From IMG/VR virus record IMGVR_UViG_3300023371_000083: a DNA stretch of 64,000 bases; one strand, written 5' to 3'. This DNA is from a virus. Taxonomy: Duplodnaviria > Heunggongvirae > Uroviricota > Caudoviricetes. Below are positions 20,301-31,195 of this stretch, in pieces. Each line of letters opens with the position of its first letter. The stretch's first letter is position 1. Below the pieces are notes generated by a model. That model was not told the DNA's origin and did not search any database. It saw only the letters and a list, made by a program, of their open reading frames with translations. The position numbers and the translations under genes were made by a program.

Positions 20301-20550
20301 TAAATTAACTGCGTATACATTATCTAAAGGTAAGAGGATTCCTTTAAAAATCAGTAAAACACAATTTAGAAAAAACCAGGTAAACGAGGGTGATGTTGTT
20401 CAGATTCTGAATTGGGAAAAGAATGTAAGACGAGTAAAAGATAGTAATGGAGAATGGTCTGCTATTCCGAATGAGTATGACTGGTGGCTTACAAACTACC
20501 GGATTGTTGATAACATCAAAAAATATGATTCAAAAGAAGAGGAGGTGTAA
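17281..20550 (+). CDS. dnaE: DNA polymerase III alpha-like (DnaE/PolC family, N-terminal PHP domain)
   Basis: PHP motifs YHVHTDLS and FAFSEHGS. 1089 aa with no internal stops. The likely true start is the ATG near 17314. Confidence 0.75.
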   Translation: MTSERSVNISYMVMINQEMVGKTYTPYHVHTDLSTGVTNVDSVTKYKDYIARAKELGMKAFAFSEHGSVFEWLHKKEAIEEAGMKYIHAAEVYLTETYEEKIRDNYHCVLIAKNFDGFKEINKLISKSFLKEHYYYSPRILIDDVINTSENVIITSACLGGVFGKGTSSAKEKMLCFAIANKDRFFLEVQHHNIDKQKEYNKLLYQISKEYGIRLIAGTDTHSLDDKHARGRVILQKATDTFFSDEEGWDLTFKSYDELVEAYYKQNVLPEDVFMKAIENTNVMADMVEEFTLDRSTKYPKIYENSKEIFEQKVREACKNHKYIQQRYTQEEIDKFIKEELEVYEKTESIDFMLLENHKKEWETENGIQRGYGRGSVSGSMIAYALGITEMDSKKFGLNFFRFQNPDRVTNCDIDVDYSEKDREKVKTFILRDHMNLDNLRSCDIITFNTIALKGSIKYVGKALDYPIEITQALSNGVYLDEEGKETVAPEIRKAYPDIFEYVDIVKGTVISIGTHASGVVVSDLEIDEMFGTCSVKDSEYPVSMINMKELDALMYVKLDILGLDNIGVINETCRILGIDRLNPDNTDLNDENVWKSIREDTTLIFQWESESAQSYLKRFMSDKTIQKVKKRNEDFSYIKWFSFGNGLLRPACASYRDSVASGEFYQNGLKELDDFLAPTMGHVTMQEDIMQFLVRFCEYTQAESDTVRRGIAKKYGTEKFLPEIEERFTSHATDAYELKTDECSEIIKPFLQVILDASKYSFSWNHSDAYSCVGYICGYLRYYYPLEFITAAMNVFRSKVEKIGNIVKYSKKSNVELMPIRFRYSKSDYMFDKDNNTIYKGVFSVKSVNEQVSDDLYALRDMKFDNFMELITYCKMNFPIKFNQIEALIKLEYFKEFGEIPYLLTCLNVFKVYHKRSTLKKEEVRDLGISYDEIKKFCGKETAKQYSQVDMSCFMNLVVQKQYTHREVTIGEILSYQDKYLGYIDFADSKYSKFVLIEKVDTKFSPKLTAYTLSKGKRIPLKISKTQFRKNQVNEGDVVQILNWEKNVRRVKDSNGEWSAIPNEYDWWLTNYRIVDNIKKYDSKEEEV

Positions 20551-21251
20551 TGGTGAATAAATACGTGATCACAGATGGTATTAGATATATTGCAAAAAAT
20601 AAAGCTGGTTCCTATGTTCCTGAACATGATGCAAGCAAAGCTTTAATTCTTTCTAAAGGTGATGCAGAAAAGATTTATTATAATAATTTAGCAAAACCCC
20701 TGAGAAAAGTTTTTAGATTGTCAAAAGACGCAGTTCCAACAATAAAATCTTCAGAAAGTACAAAAATTGAAGATACAGCGATTGAAGACAAAAAGGTTAT
20801 CGAATGTAAGCCAGATATAAAAACAACAGATGCAATCATTAAGCAGGATGCGAGTAAAAAAGAAATAAAATACACCAAGCATTATGATACAAAATGCGGG
20901 CTTGATGATGAATTAACAACACAGATTGTTCAGGTAGTAGAGATATTTAAGAGTGCTGCAACAAAAAAAGCTGATCTACAATCAAAATTAGATAAAGTAG
21001 AAAAAGAAATTGTTGATATCAACCATTACATTGAATTCAAATCTTTGAATGCATGTGATGGATATAATGCCTACAGAATGTTGCGGGACAGATTAACAAA
21101 ACGAAGAAAATTAAAAAATGAATTAAAGGTTGCAGAAATTCTTGCAAAAGGAATTTTCACAACTTCCGATATTACAGATATTGAGAAAGTTATTAGTTCT
21201 TTCGATAAAAATCAATATCGTCCTAGAGTTCTCAGTGATTTATTTGAATAA
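20550..21251 (+). CDS. hypothetical coiled-coil protein
   Basis: ORF track. Confidence 0.4.
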   Translation: MVNKYVITDGIRYIAKNKAGSYVPEHDASKALILSKGDAEKIYYNNLAKPLRKVFRLSKDAVPTIKSSESTKIEDTAIEDKKVIECKPDIKTTDAIIKQDASKKEIKYTKHYDTKCGLDDELTTQIVQVVEIFKSAATKKADLQSKLDKVEKEIVDINHYIEFKSLNACDGYNAYRMLRDRLTKRRKLKNELKVAEILAKGIFTTSDITDIEKVISSFDKNQYRPRVLSDLFE

Positions 21252-21262
21252 GGAGGATTATC

Positions 21263-21817
21263 ATGAGGGAAGTTTATAAAGTTAAAAAAGGTGACATTGT
21301 TCGACTGGTAAAAGCAAATACATTTGATTATGTGGAACATCCTTATATTGCACATTTTATCAATAAAAATTTTGAAGTCGTTGATGTAAATAAATATAGA
21401 ATTACTGTGCTAAGAGATAACACAAAAATCGAATGTTATGCCGAATATTTTTATGATTATTTTAAAGTAGTAAAACCTGCAAAAGTAAAAGAAGAAACCG
21501 AAACAAATAAAAAGCAAACCAAAGTATCCAACGAGAAACCCGTTGAAAAGAAAACAGAAAATAAAAAATGGACTGATTGGACAACAATTAAAATTTTCGG
21601 TGAGGATTATGCATATAAAACTGATGGTAAAACAGTTATTCTGCGTAATGGTGGTTGTAAGGGTGTAAGCAAATGCCATGATGAGGATGAATTTAATTTA
21701 ACAAAAGGTCTTGAAATTGCATTTAATAGGCTGGTAGCTATGAGAACAGAAAAAGCCATTAATGATGCAAGGGCGGATCTTGATAAAAAAGTAAAAGTAA
21801 AGAAGAGAACTGTATGA
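21263..21817 (+). CDS. hypothetical protein
   Basis: ORF with RBS AAGGAGG. This is the last TAG-free gene before the recoded block begins. Confidence 0.4.
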   Translation: MREVYKVKKGDIVRLVKANTFDYVEHPYIAHFINKNFEVVDVNKYRITVLRDNTKIECYAEYFYDYFKVVKPAKVKEETETNKKQTKVSNEKPVEKKTENKKWTDWTTIKIFGEDYAYKTDGKTVILRNGGCKGVSKCHDEDEFNLTKGLEIAFNRLVAMRTEKAINDARADLDKKVKVKKRTV

Positions 21818-22071
21818 GAAAAAACTTTACATGCTTAAATTGTTTTTCAGAATTTGATGATTGGGCGGAAGTCGTCGAGTCTCATGGCTTCGATACTCCG
21901 CCATATGAAACACAATAGGTTTGCCCATAGTGTCACGATAATAATATTGTTACAGCTGTATATTGTGATTTATGCTTACAGCCTATTCATGGCAAATACA
22001 TTGTCACAGTTGATGGTGATACAATTTGTGACAACTGTTTTGTAAAAAGGGATGTGGAAGATCTAATATGA
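21814..22071 (+). CDS. zinc-ribbon protein with two in-frame TAG codons (21916, 21928)
   Basis: ATG overlaps the previous TGA. CLNC...CP[TAG]C...CDLC...CDNC reads as a contiguous 4x CxxC protein only if TAG is translated. Ends with a TGA that overlaps the next ATG. Confidence 0.45.
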
Positions 22072-22643
22072 AAAATACATTGGTTGTAAATTTAGTTGGT
22101 GGACAAGGTTCTGGGAAATCTACAATGATGGCTCATTTATTTGCATAGTTAAAATGGAATAATATTGACTGTGAAATGTGCAGCGAATTTGCAAAGGAGC
22201 TTGTTTGGGAAAATCGACAAGAAACATTTAAAGATGAGCTTTATATCTTTGCAAAACAGAATCATAGATTATTTAGATGTAACGGAAAAGTAGATGTAAT
22301 TATCACCGATAGACCTTTAATCATGTCTATTGCGTATAACCGGTACTATGGAGACCAAACGGATTATTTTTGGAATGCAGCATACGAAAGTATTGTTTAT
22401 GAAACATTTAACAAATAGAAAAACCTCAACATTTTTTTGAATAGAGTAAAACCTTTTAATCCAAATGGAAGAAACGAAAATGAAGAGGATGCTAAAAAAT
22501 TTGATGAATATTTTAAAGCCTCTCTTGAAGACCTTCGGCTTCCGTACCATGAATTTGATGGTGATTCCAACAGCGTTGAGGAAATAGGCGAGATGATTAT
22601 TGGGTTAATAAAGAGAGGTGAAACAAATGATTCAGAACATTAA
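22068..22643 (+). CDS. P-loop deoxynucleoside/nucleotide kinase-like protein with in-frame TAGs (22146, 22416)
   Basis: Walker A GGQGSGKST, followed by TAG, then ORF 22176 (DRP motif) and ORF 22437, all in one frame. Final stop is TAA. Confidence 0.55.
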
Positions 22644-22768
22644 TTCATTAGAAAATAATGCTAAGTACATTTATATTGGCAACAATAAATTTGTGAAAAT
22701 CTAGTTTGATCGACAAATGGCTGAAAAACTCGCAAATGGCATTAAGGAGATTAAAGTTAATGCCGGAT
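22627..22768 (+). CDS. small ORF with in-frame TAG (overlaps end of previous gene)
   Basis: RBS AGAGAGGTGA + ATG; 43 codons; TAG at 22702. Confidence 0.2.
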
Positions 22769-22782
22769 AAGGGGTTGATTGA

Positions 22783-23259
22783 ATGAATAAAAAAATTATT
22801 TATTGTTTTATAGCCTTTACATTTGTATTAACTTATACAGTATATGGTTGGTCTAAAAGCAATAAAGAAAACCTAGAAGAAATAGATAGGTTAAGTGCTA
22901 TGGTGGCGATTCAGCAAGAAAAAATTGATGAGTTGGAAAAAGAATTAAATATCACAACAGAAAAAAAGCCACAGAAAAAACATTTAGGTAAGTTTGAATT
23001 ATCTTTTTATTCTAAGGAGCAGTTTCCAAATTCTCCGACTGCAACAGGTGTAATGCCAGTTGTTGGAAGAACAATTGCTGTTGATCCATCTGTGATTCCA
23101 TAGGGGACAGCAGTTGAAATTGATGGATTTGGTATTAGATATGCCGAAGATACTGGCGGGGCGATTAAAGGCAATAAAATTGATGTATTTGTACAGACAA
23201 CTGCAGAGGCTCGTCAGCTTGGCAGAAAATTTAATGTTGATGTATGGACAGTTGAATAA
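22783..23259 (+). CDS. membrane-anchored 3D-domain (MltA/YuiC-like) cell-wall protein with in-frame TAG at 23101
   Basis: IAVDPSVIP[TAG]GTAVEIDGFGIRYAEDTGGAIKGNKIDVFV matches the 3D-domain consensus across the TAG. Confidence 0.65.
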
Positions 23260-23279
23260 CAGAAAGGAAGAGCAACAGT

Positions 23280-24008
23280 ATGGGAAAGGTTTAGATTCAT
23301 CCATTTACAACAAAAAAACCAATCACAATGATTGGATATATGGCTGGTGTGTGTTATGGAACAGATGTATCTGACGATGAAAAGAATTACAAAAGAGGTA
23401 TTGATTGTCTAAAATCGCAGCATGGCAGAACATGGGAATTTCCAACAGTATAGATGACGATTGAAGGGTACTCTGCAAGAGTTATGAGAGAAATTTATAC
23501 TCATATTGGTGGATCTCCTTCTCGTCTGCAAGCAAGTACAAGATATATTAATTACTCTGATTTTGACTATTTTACCCCTCCTTCTATTGAAGCTAATCCA
23601 GTAGCAAAAATTATTTATGATTCAACAATTATGAATAATATTATGGCTGGATTAAACGAACTAGAAGAAATGGGTATCCCTAAAGAAGATTCTGCTAATG
23701 CACTACCTCTTGGTATGGAATCTGTTATGGTCGGCAAATATAATTTTAGAACGCTGGCGGATATGTCACATCAAAGAAAATGTGTAAGAGCGTACCATGA
23801 ATTCAGAGGATGGTTTAATGATTTAGAAAATTCTTTATCTGAATATTCTGAAGAGTGGGCATATCTTGTAAAAGAACATTTTATGCCTAAATGTGAACAT
23901 CTGTTACATTGTCCAGAAAGATTTTCTTGTGGTAAATATCCTCCTAAAAATGTTGTTATGGAACTGATTGCACAGTGGAAAAAACAACAGGAGGCAAAAT
24001 CAGAATGA
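23280..24008 (+). CDS. thyX: FAD-dependent thymidylate synthase ThyX with in-frame TAGs (23292, 23451)
   Basis: AGVCYGTD...QHGRTWEFPTV[TAG]MTIEGYSAR...THIGGSPSRLQASTRY matches ThyX blocks. RBS AAAGGAAGAG. Confidence 0.65.
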
Positions 24009-24526
24009 AAAAATCATTAATTTTACTTGTCGGAAAATCTGGTTCCGGTAAAACGACAATCGCAGAATAGCTTGAAAAGAATTATGGACTAACAATGCTT
24101 GAATCATATACAACAAGGCAACCCAGGTACGAGGGTGAAAGAGGACATATTTTTGTTACAAAAGAGGAATTTGAAAAAATGCCTAACAAAGTGGCGCACA
24201 CATTTTTTGATGGAAATGATTATTGGGCAACACAAGAACAATGTGATGAATCAGATGTCTATGTGATCGATCCTGATGGCATCAAAACATTTAAAAGAAT
24301 TTATAATAGCCCAAGACCATACAAAATTGTTTATTTAAAAATAAGTCCGATTGTTAGATTTTGGCGAATGACAAAACGTGGTGATGGCGTAATGAAATCA
24401 ATTAGACGTATTATGCATGACCATAAGAAATTTGGAAAATTTGAAAATGAGTTTGGCGTAAAAATTATTAAAAGAGACCCTGTTTGGAGCATTGCCAAAC
24501 AAATTCATGAAATGAGGTCATTATGA
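24005..24526 (+). CDS. guanylate kinase-like P-loop kinase with in-frame TAG at 24068
   Basis: LVGKSGSGKTTIAE[TAG]LEKNYGL...LESYTTRQPRYEGERGHIF: a guanylate-kinase-like P-loop plus the S-TTR-PR-GE-G motif. RBS GGAGG. Confidence 0.6.
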
Positions 24527-24978
24527 TGAAATATTCTACAGTTGTGTAGATTTCACATCCATATGGCGGATTAAAGGAAAACGAGGATATTGTGGCTGAG
24601 TTAATTATTGAACTCAGTCGCAAATTCCCGGAGTATTTATTTATCTCGCCAATCCACGCTTTTTCTTTCACATACAAAACAGAAAAGAAATATCAAGACG
24701 GTCTTGATAAATGTTTATGGTTGTTAGATCAGTGTGATGAAATGTGGGTTTTTGGCAAATATAGAGAAAGCATTGGATGTATGGCTGAAATCGAATATTG
24801 TAATGAGCATCATATTTATTATCAAGCAATCAATGACAATTGTTTAAAAATCATGGCAGAACCAAGAAAGTGCTGTGATTGTGGATTGATGGAAATAGAT
24901 GAGCAATATGCAATTTGCAATAAAAGTTTTGTAAGTCAGATTTATGAAAAGGTTTGTGGTAAACATGGACAAGAATAA
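24523..24978 (+). CDS. hypothetical protein (nucleoside 2-deoxyribosyltransferase-like/DUF4406-like?) with TAG at 24547
   Basis: ATG overlaps the previous TGA. The frame is continuous through the TAG into ORF 24592. Confidence 0.35.
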
Positions 24979-25129
24979 AAAATTATTGCTTGAGTTGATT
25001 TGTGATAGACAGATTGCATTATTATTACAAGACAGTACAAATTATGAATCTGCAAAATATAAGCAATTAGAGAAACTGAAAGTATATGTCAAAGATATTA
25101 AGGAGGGTGTTGCTATTGAAGGTAATTAA
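24944..25129 (+). CDS. hypothetical small protein
   Basis: ORF track; its 3' end overlaps the nrdD start. Confidence 0.3.
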   Translation: MKRFVVNMDKNKKLLLELICDRQIALLLQDSTNYESAKYKQLEKLKVYVKDIKEGVAIEGN

Positions 25130-27356
25130 AAGAAACGGTACAGAAATGTAGTTTGATTCAAATAAGATTAAAATAGCGATTTTAAAAGCATTTGTTGATG
25201 TAGATGGTGAAGAAAGCCAGTATGCAAAAGACAAGGCGAGAGATATTGCTAATTATATCGCATCTTTAAATAAAACAATGTCTGTAGAAGAAATCCAAAA
25301 TATCGTTGAAGAAAAACTGATGGCTAGCAATAGAAAAGATGTAGCCAGAGCATATGTTCGATACAGATAGATGAGAGATATGGCAAGATCCCAGTACGAT
25401 GGTTTTATGCAAGCCATTAGGGAAAAGGTTGAAGCTTCAAATGTTCAAAATCAAAACGCCAATGTAGATGAACATTCTTTTGGTGGCAGAACCGGCGAGG
25501 CAACAGACACAATGATGAAAAAGTATGCTCTTGACTATTGTGTGTCAAAAATGGCTAGAGACAACCATCTGAATAATATTATTTACATTCATGATCTGAA
25601 TTCTTATGCCGTAGGCATGCATAACTGCCTGTCAGTACCTTTAGATGATTTGCTGAAAAATGGGTTTAACACAAGACAGACTGATGTACGTCCTGCAAAT
25701 TCTGTTAATACAGCATTTCAGCTTGTAGCAGTGTTATTCCAGTTGCAATCACTAATGCAGTTTGGCGGCGTGTCCGCTACCCATATTGACCATACAATGG
25801 TTCCTTATGTGAGAAAGAGTTTTTATAAACATCTAATGGATGGTTTTAAGTATATTGAGGGCGTAGCAGAGCCTAGAAAATATATGTATCAAGAAAACGC
25901 TGATGAATTTTGGACTCAATACACTGATATTGATGACAAGGATTTAAAAGCAGCGCATCCTAAAGCATACCAATACGCAATGGATATGACGACAAAAGAG
26001 ACATATCAGGCAGTTGAAGGTATGTAGCATAACCTCAATACACTGCAGAGTAGATCTGGTAATCAGCTTCCATTTAGTTCTGTGAATTACGGCACGTGTA
26101 CTCTACCAGAAGGCAGAATGGTAACAAAAGCGTTGTTAGAAGTATCAATCAATGGTATCGGCAAACTACATAGAACGTCTGTGTTCCCTTGTGGTATTTT
26201 CCAGTGTATGAAAGGCGTAAATAGAAAACCTGGCGATCCTAACTACGATTTGTTCCAATTGGCATTAAAATCTACAGCACAGAGACTGTATCCCAATTAT
26301 GCCAATGTGGATTGGAGTAATAACGCAGGATACGATATTAATGACCCTAGAACATATTTTAGTACAATGGGTTGTCGTACAGCCAACCTGTTCGACATTA
26401 ATGGCTTAGGTCAGCTTAAAGATGGTAGAGGCAACATCTGTCCTGTAACAATCATTATGCCTACATTGGCTATGATGGCAAAAGAACTGTACGAAGACCA
26501 GACTTACGATACACATGCTAATATTGTAGATATTTTCTTATACATTCTCGACCAAAAAATTCATGAGGCAAAAGATATGCTTATTGAACGATTTGAGTGG
26601 ATTTGTAAACAGAATCCAAAATCTGCAAAATTCATGTATGAAAATAATCTAATGGCTGGTTATGTTCCAGAAGAAGGAATTAGAAGCGCTTTAAAACATG
26701 GCACCCTAGCTTTAGGTCAGTTAGGTCTTGCGGAAACACTGCAGATTCTAATTGGTTGTGACCATACAACAAAAGAAGGTATGGATTTGGCAAAACAGAT
26801 TGAGCAGTTATTCAAAGATAGATGTGCTGAGTTCAAACAAGAATATCAACTGAATTTTGGTGTTTATTATTCTCCAGCAGAAAATCTTTGTCATACAGCA
26901 ATGAGAAAATTCCAAGAACAATATGGCGTGATTGAAAAAGTATCTGATAAAGATTATTTTACAAACTCTATGCATATTCCTGTATGGCATAAAATGACAC
27001 CATTTGAAAAGATTGATTTAGAAGCGCAGTTAACAGGATACTCTAGTGCTGGATGTATTACATATGTAGAACTTGAATCTTCAGTAAAACATAACATCGA
27101 GGCACTTGAAACACTTGTTAATTATGCAATGGATCAGGATATTCCTTATTTTGCAATTAATGTTCCCAATGATACATGTTTAGATTGTGGTTATTGCGAT
27201 GAAATTAATGATGTTTGCCCCATGTGCGGAAGCAAAAGAATTCAGCGTTTACGTAGAGTAACTGGTTATTTAACAAATGATTACAAAACAGCATTTAATT
27301 ATGGCAAACAACAAGAAGTTGAAATGAGAGAAAAGCATAGTGGGGTATCCGTATGA
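25116..27356 (+). CDS. nrdD: anaerobic ribonucleoside-triphosphate reductase NrdD (class III) with three in-frame TAGs (25149, 25368, 26025)
   Basis: ATP-cone VIKRNGTEM[TAG]FDSNKIKI...AYVRYR[TAG]...; core ...EGM[TAG]HNLNTLQSRSGNQLPFSSVNYG; C-terminal Zn ribbon and glycyl-radical RVTGYL motif. TTG start follows RBS AGGAGG. Confidence 0.8.
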
Positions 27357-27898
27357 GAATTATAGATATTACAACATGCAGTGTTGCTGATGGTTTAGGG
27401 TTCCGTTTGGTAATTTGGTGTGCTGGATGTGAACATCATTGTGAAGGATGTCATAATCCTGAATCATGGGATTGTAACGCTGGACACAAACTAACAGATA
27501 AAGACCTTGATACAATATTTGATCAACTAGAATTTGATTATATTAAAGGAATCACATTTAGCGGAGGAGATCCTTTGCATCCACAAAATGTAGAGCAAGT
27601 TTATAGACTCTGCAGAGTGATTAAAGAAAATTATCCGGATAAAACAATTTGGATATATACAGGATATAAATTTGAGAACATTTATTACGAACCTGGTTGT
27701 TTTATGACTCAAGATTGTAATCCAGCAAGGGATCTTAGAAACGAAGTGCTGAAATATATCGATGTGCTTGTTGATGGCGAATTCGTTCACGACAGAAGAA
27801 ATGTAACAATTGCTTTTCGAGGTAGCGATAATCAAAGACTAATTGATGTTCCAAAATCATTAAAGGCGTGGAAAGCAGTTATTTATGAGCAGGAGTAA
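27353..27898 (+). CDS. nrdG: anaerobic RNR activating protein NrdG (radical SAM)
   Basis: Cys cluster CAGCEHHCEGCHN. Length and position immediately after nrdD fit NrdG. Confidence 0.75.
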   Translation: MRIIDITTCSVADGLGFRLVIWCAGCEHHCEGCHNPESWDCNAGHKLTDKDLDTIFDQLEFDYIKGITFSGGDPLHPQNVEQVYRLCRVIKENYPDKTIWIYTGYKFENIYYEPGCFMTQDCNPARDLRNEVLKYIDVLVDGEFVHDRRNVTIAFRGSDNQRLIDVPKSLKAWKAVIYEQE

Positions 27899-27929
27899 CA
27901 TCCTGCTCTCTATTAAAAGAGGTAGTCTT

Positions 27930-28547
27930 ATGGGAAAAGAATTGAGTTTAAGAAATTAGAATCTTGTTATCGGAGTGATGCTCCTTTGGGGTTTTATTGT
28001 AAATGTATTTACATGTGCATTTGGTGGAGAATATTTTGCTTCAATTAGTCCAGTGAAATTATTAATAGGGTATTTTATTACAGCCATTATTGGTATTTGT
28101 ATGAGCGCATTTTCAGAAAATCCGTTTGTAAGTTTCATTGGTTATAACTTGGTTGTATTACCTATCGGCGCTGTATTAAGTGTTACATTACAAGATGTTG
28201 CAAAACTAACAATCCTTATGGCGTTTGGTGCAACTGCGTGCATGACATGCTTAATGATGATAGCAGCAACATTGAAACCGCAATTGTTTTTATCAATGGG
28301 TAGAATTCTGTTTATGAGTTTGCTTTTTGTAATTATAATTGAGCTTCTAATGGTCGTGTTTTGCGGTGTATCTCCAACAATAATTGACTTTGTTGTGATT
28401 GCTTTGTTCTGTTTATATGTAGGATATGATTGGGCAAAGGCGCAAGAGATGCCAAAAACATTGGATAATGCGGTAGATAGTGTTGTTGGACTGTATTTGG
28501 ATATTGTAAATATTTTTATCAGACTCATTGATATTATGGAAGATTAA
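27930..28547 (+). CDS. BI-1/YccA-family (TMBIM) membrane protein with TAG at 27957
   Basis: Seven-TM-like hydrophobic profile. C-terminal GYDWAKAQEM...GLYLDIVNIFIRLI matches the Bax-inhibitor/YccA family. Confidence 0.5.
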
Positions 28548-28559
28548 GGAGTGCCTTGC

Positions 28560-28805
28560 ATGATAAACAAAAAAACTTGGGAAGAATTTAGAGATTCTGG
28601 AATGTTATGGTAGATCAATATGATTCTGCATATCTTTGGATGGTCAATTGTAGTTGAATTAGAAGATAAAAAAATAATAAATGCATATCCGGCAAGGGTA
28701 AAATTTAGGGGATTTTCCGAAGAGAATAATACAGAAGGATATAGAAAAGTAAGCAAATATATGTATGAAAACATTAATGAGATTTTAGAAGAAGCAGAAA
28801 ACTAA
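28560..28805 (+). CDS. hypothetical protein with TAG at 28611
   Basis: RBS AAGGAG + ATG at 28560, in frame with ORF 28620. Confidence 0.35.
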
Positions 28806-28816
28806 GGATTGATTAA

Positions 28817-30094
28817 ATGAAAACAGTAATCAAAATATTTGAGCAATTAAAAAACACCTCTGGCAAAAAAGATAAAGAGGCAATTATTGAAACCAATAAG
28901 GATAATGAATTATTCAAAGAATGTCTGGTATTTCTGTTAGACGATAATGTGACTACAGGTATCGCAAAAAAATCCTTGCAAAAGAACATCAAATGCGACG
29001 GCGACATTATGTTATTAGTATCTTGGCAAGATTGTATGTCTTATTTAAAAGAAAATAATACTGGTAAAGATTACGACATTTTAGTTGCACAAGGTTTTGT
29101 AAAATTCCAAGATGAAGCAGATAGATGGTTTTATGAAGGTATGATTACCAAAACACTTAAAATTGGTTGCGATAAAGCAATTGTCAATAAAGTGATTCCA
29201 CAATTAATTCCAGATTGGAAAGTTCAGCTAGGTTCTTCGTTTGAAAAATTGAGATTGAAAGATAACGAAAAATTCTTTTTAAGTAAAAAAATGAATGGAC
29301 ATAGAGGATCATTTTATGAAGGCAAATTTATTTCTCGCCAAGGTAAAGAAATATCTGGTTTACAACATATCATTGACGATATTGAAAAACTATATCTTAG
29401 TACATACTTTATCGACGGCGAATTGATAAGGAAAAATGTAGAGAATCTTGATGATAACGAGAATTTCAGAATCACATCGAGTATTTTAAATTCTGATACA
29501 GAAGATAAATCTGACATTGAGTTTGTAATTTTTGATATTTTTCCAGCAGATACAATTGTTGGCAATCATACTATCGAAAATTATAGTGAACGGAAAAAGC
29601 GGATGAAAGATTTAGAGTATCTTTTTCAACATAATAATATTCGTAACTTGAAAATTGTCGAAATGGTGTATGAAGGTACAGATCCTAATCAAATTCATAA
29701 ATGGCTAAAATATGCTGTAGATAATGACTGGGAAGGGATTATGCTAAACAAGGATGTTCCTTATGTGTTTAAACGCACAACGAATGTTATAAAAATCAAA
29801 CAGTTTTTATCCATAGATTTAAGAATCATCGGGTATGAAGAAGGTCAAGGAAAAAACGAAGGAAAGCTTGGAGCTTTTGTTGTTGATTATAAAGGCAATA
29901 AAGTTGAAATTGGCGGTGGATACTCAGATGAAGAGCGTGCAACCTTTTGGGAACACAGGGATGAGATGATTGGAAAAATCATAGAAATTAAATATAAAGG
30001 TGAATCCCAAAATAAAAGGAGTGGGTTAAAGAGTCTTCAGTTTGCAGATTTTGTCTGCATCAGAAACGATAAAAATGACCCTAGTTACAACTAA
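28817..30094 (+). CDS. ATP-dependent DNA (or RNA) ligase, nucleotidyltransferase superfamily
   Basis: KMNGHRG (KxDG-like motif I) ... EGIMLNK ... KIK (motif V-like). Confidence 0.55.
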   Translation: MKTVIKIFEQLKNTSGKKDKEAIIETNKDNELFKECLVFLLDDNVTTGIAKKSLQKNIKCDGDIMLLVSWQDCMSYLKENNTGKDYDILVAQGFVKFQDEADRWFYEGMITKTLKIGCDKAIVNKVIPQLIPDWKVQLGSSFEKLRLKDNEKFFLSKKMNGHRGSFYEGKFISRQGKEISGLQHIIDDIEKLYLSTYFIDGELIRKNVENLDDNENFRITSSILNSDTEDKSDIEFVIFDIFPADTIVGNHTIENYSERKKRMKDLEYLFQHNNIRNLKIVEMVYEGTDPNQIHKWLKYAVDNDWEGIMLNKDVPYVFKRTTNVIKIKQFLSIDLRIIGYEEGQGKNEGKLGAFVVDYKGNKVEIGGGYSDEERATFWEHRDEMIGKIIEIKYKGESQNKRSGLKSLQFADFVCIRNDKNDPSYN

Positions 30095-30108
30095 GAGGTG
30101 ATAGTTAT

Positions 30109-30816
30109 ATGAGTCGAATATTTGTGACGGGCGATACACACGGAGATTTTTTCCATATATAGAATTTCTGTCTTGATAATAATACTAGCATAGACGACAT
30201 TATGATTGTTTGTGGCGATGCTTGCATAAATTTTTATCTTGATAAAAGAGATGACAGACTTAAAGAAAGAATAGCTGGAATACCAATAACATTTCTAATT
30301 GTGCATGGAAACCATGAAGAACGAGCTTGGAATGTTAAGGGTTATAAACTGAAAGAACATAAAATTGGAACAGATAATTATGTGTATGGATATAGCGAAG
30401 AAAAATATCCAAATATAATTTTTGTTCAAGATTTTCATATTGAAACATTGAACGGAAAAAGATTTATGTTCCTTGGTGGTGCTTATTCTGTAGATAAATT
30501 CTATAGATTAGCAATGAACTGGTACTGGTTTGAATCTGAGCAAATGCCAGAAGAGGAAATGCTAGAGGTCTTAAAATTTGTCACAAGCGTAAGTAATTTC
30601 GATTATGTTGTGTCACATACATGTCCGTATAAATATATTCCAACAGAGGCGTTTTTGCCATCGATTAACCAGAATACAGTTGATCAGAGTACAGAATATT
30701 TCTTAGATGAAGTTGATGATTTAATTCAATACAAACAATGGTATTGTGGGCATTGGCATATCAAAAAAGAAATTCAAAAATTAAAATTCTTATTTGACGA
30801 TATTATTGAAATTTAA
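30109..30816 (+). CDS. calcineurin-like metallophosphoesterase with TAG at 30160
   Basis: VTGDTHGDFFHI[TAG]...CGDA...VHGNHEE phosphoesterase motifs. RBS AAGAGGTGA. Confidence 0.55.
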
Positions 30817-30825
30817 GGTGATTAC

Positions 30826-31191
30826 ATGGATAAGCAGGAAAGAATAACCCAGTTAAAACAAGAAATACGTGAAAAAGAAAAAGAATTACATAAACTCGAA
30901 AAAGAGATTAATACAGAATTTTTACCTCAATTCGTAGGAAAGTATTTCAAAAGTAAAAATGATTTTTATTACTTAAAAGTATGTGAATATGATGAAGAGT
31001 TAAATTTGCTAAAAGGTTGGGGAATAACGATAGATAAAGACTGGAATAAAAACAATTTATACACAGCAGAATATTTATCATTTATGCATTACCATCTTTT
31101 TGACGACAAAACTGAAATCAGCGAAAAAGATTTCGGTGTTGTTTTAAATATATACATCAATTCAATTAAAACAAGTATAGAAAAGGGGTGA
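30826..31191 (+). CDS. hypothetical protein
   Basis: ORF track. Confidence 0.4.
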   Translation: MDKQERITQLKQEIREKEKELHKLEKEINTEFLPQFVGKYFKSKNDFYYLKVCEYDEELNLLKGWGITIDKDWNKNNLYTAEYLSFMHYHLFDDKTEISEKDFGVVLNIYINSIKTSIEKG

Positions 31192-31195
31192 AAAT

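Noticed and set aside
21854-22045. ORF-track protein MMIGRKSSSL... on the plus strand
   Set aside because: Wrong frame. The coding frame here is the zinc-ribbon gene 21814..22071, read through two TAGs.
23114-23374. ORF-track 86-aa protein
   Set aside because: Out of frame with the 3D-domain gene and the thyX start that actually occupy this DNA.
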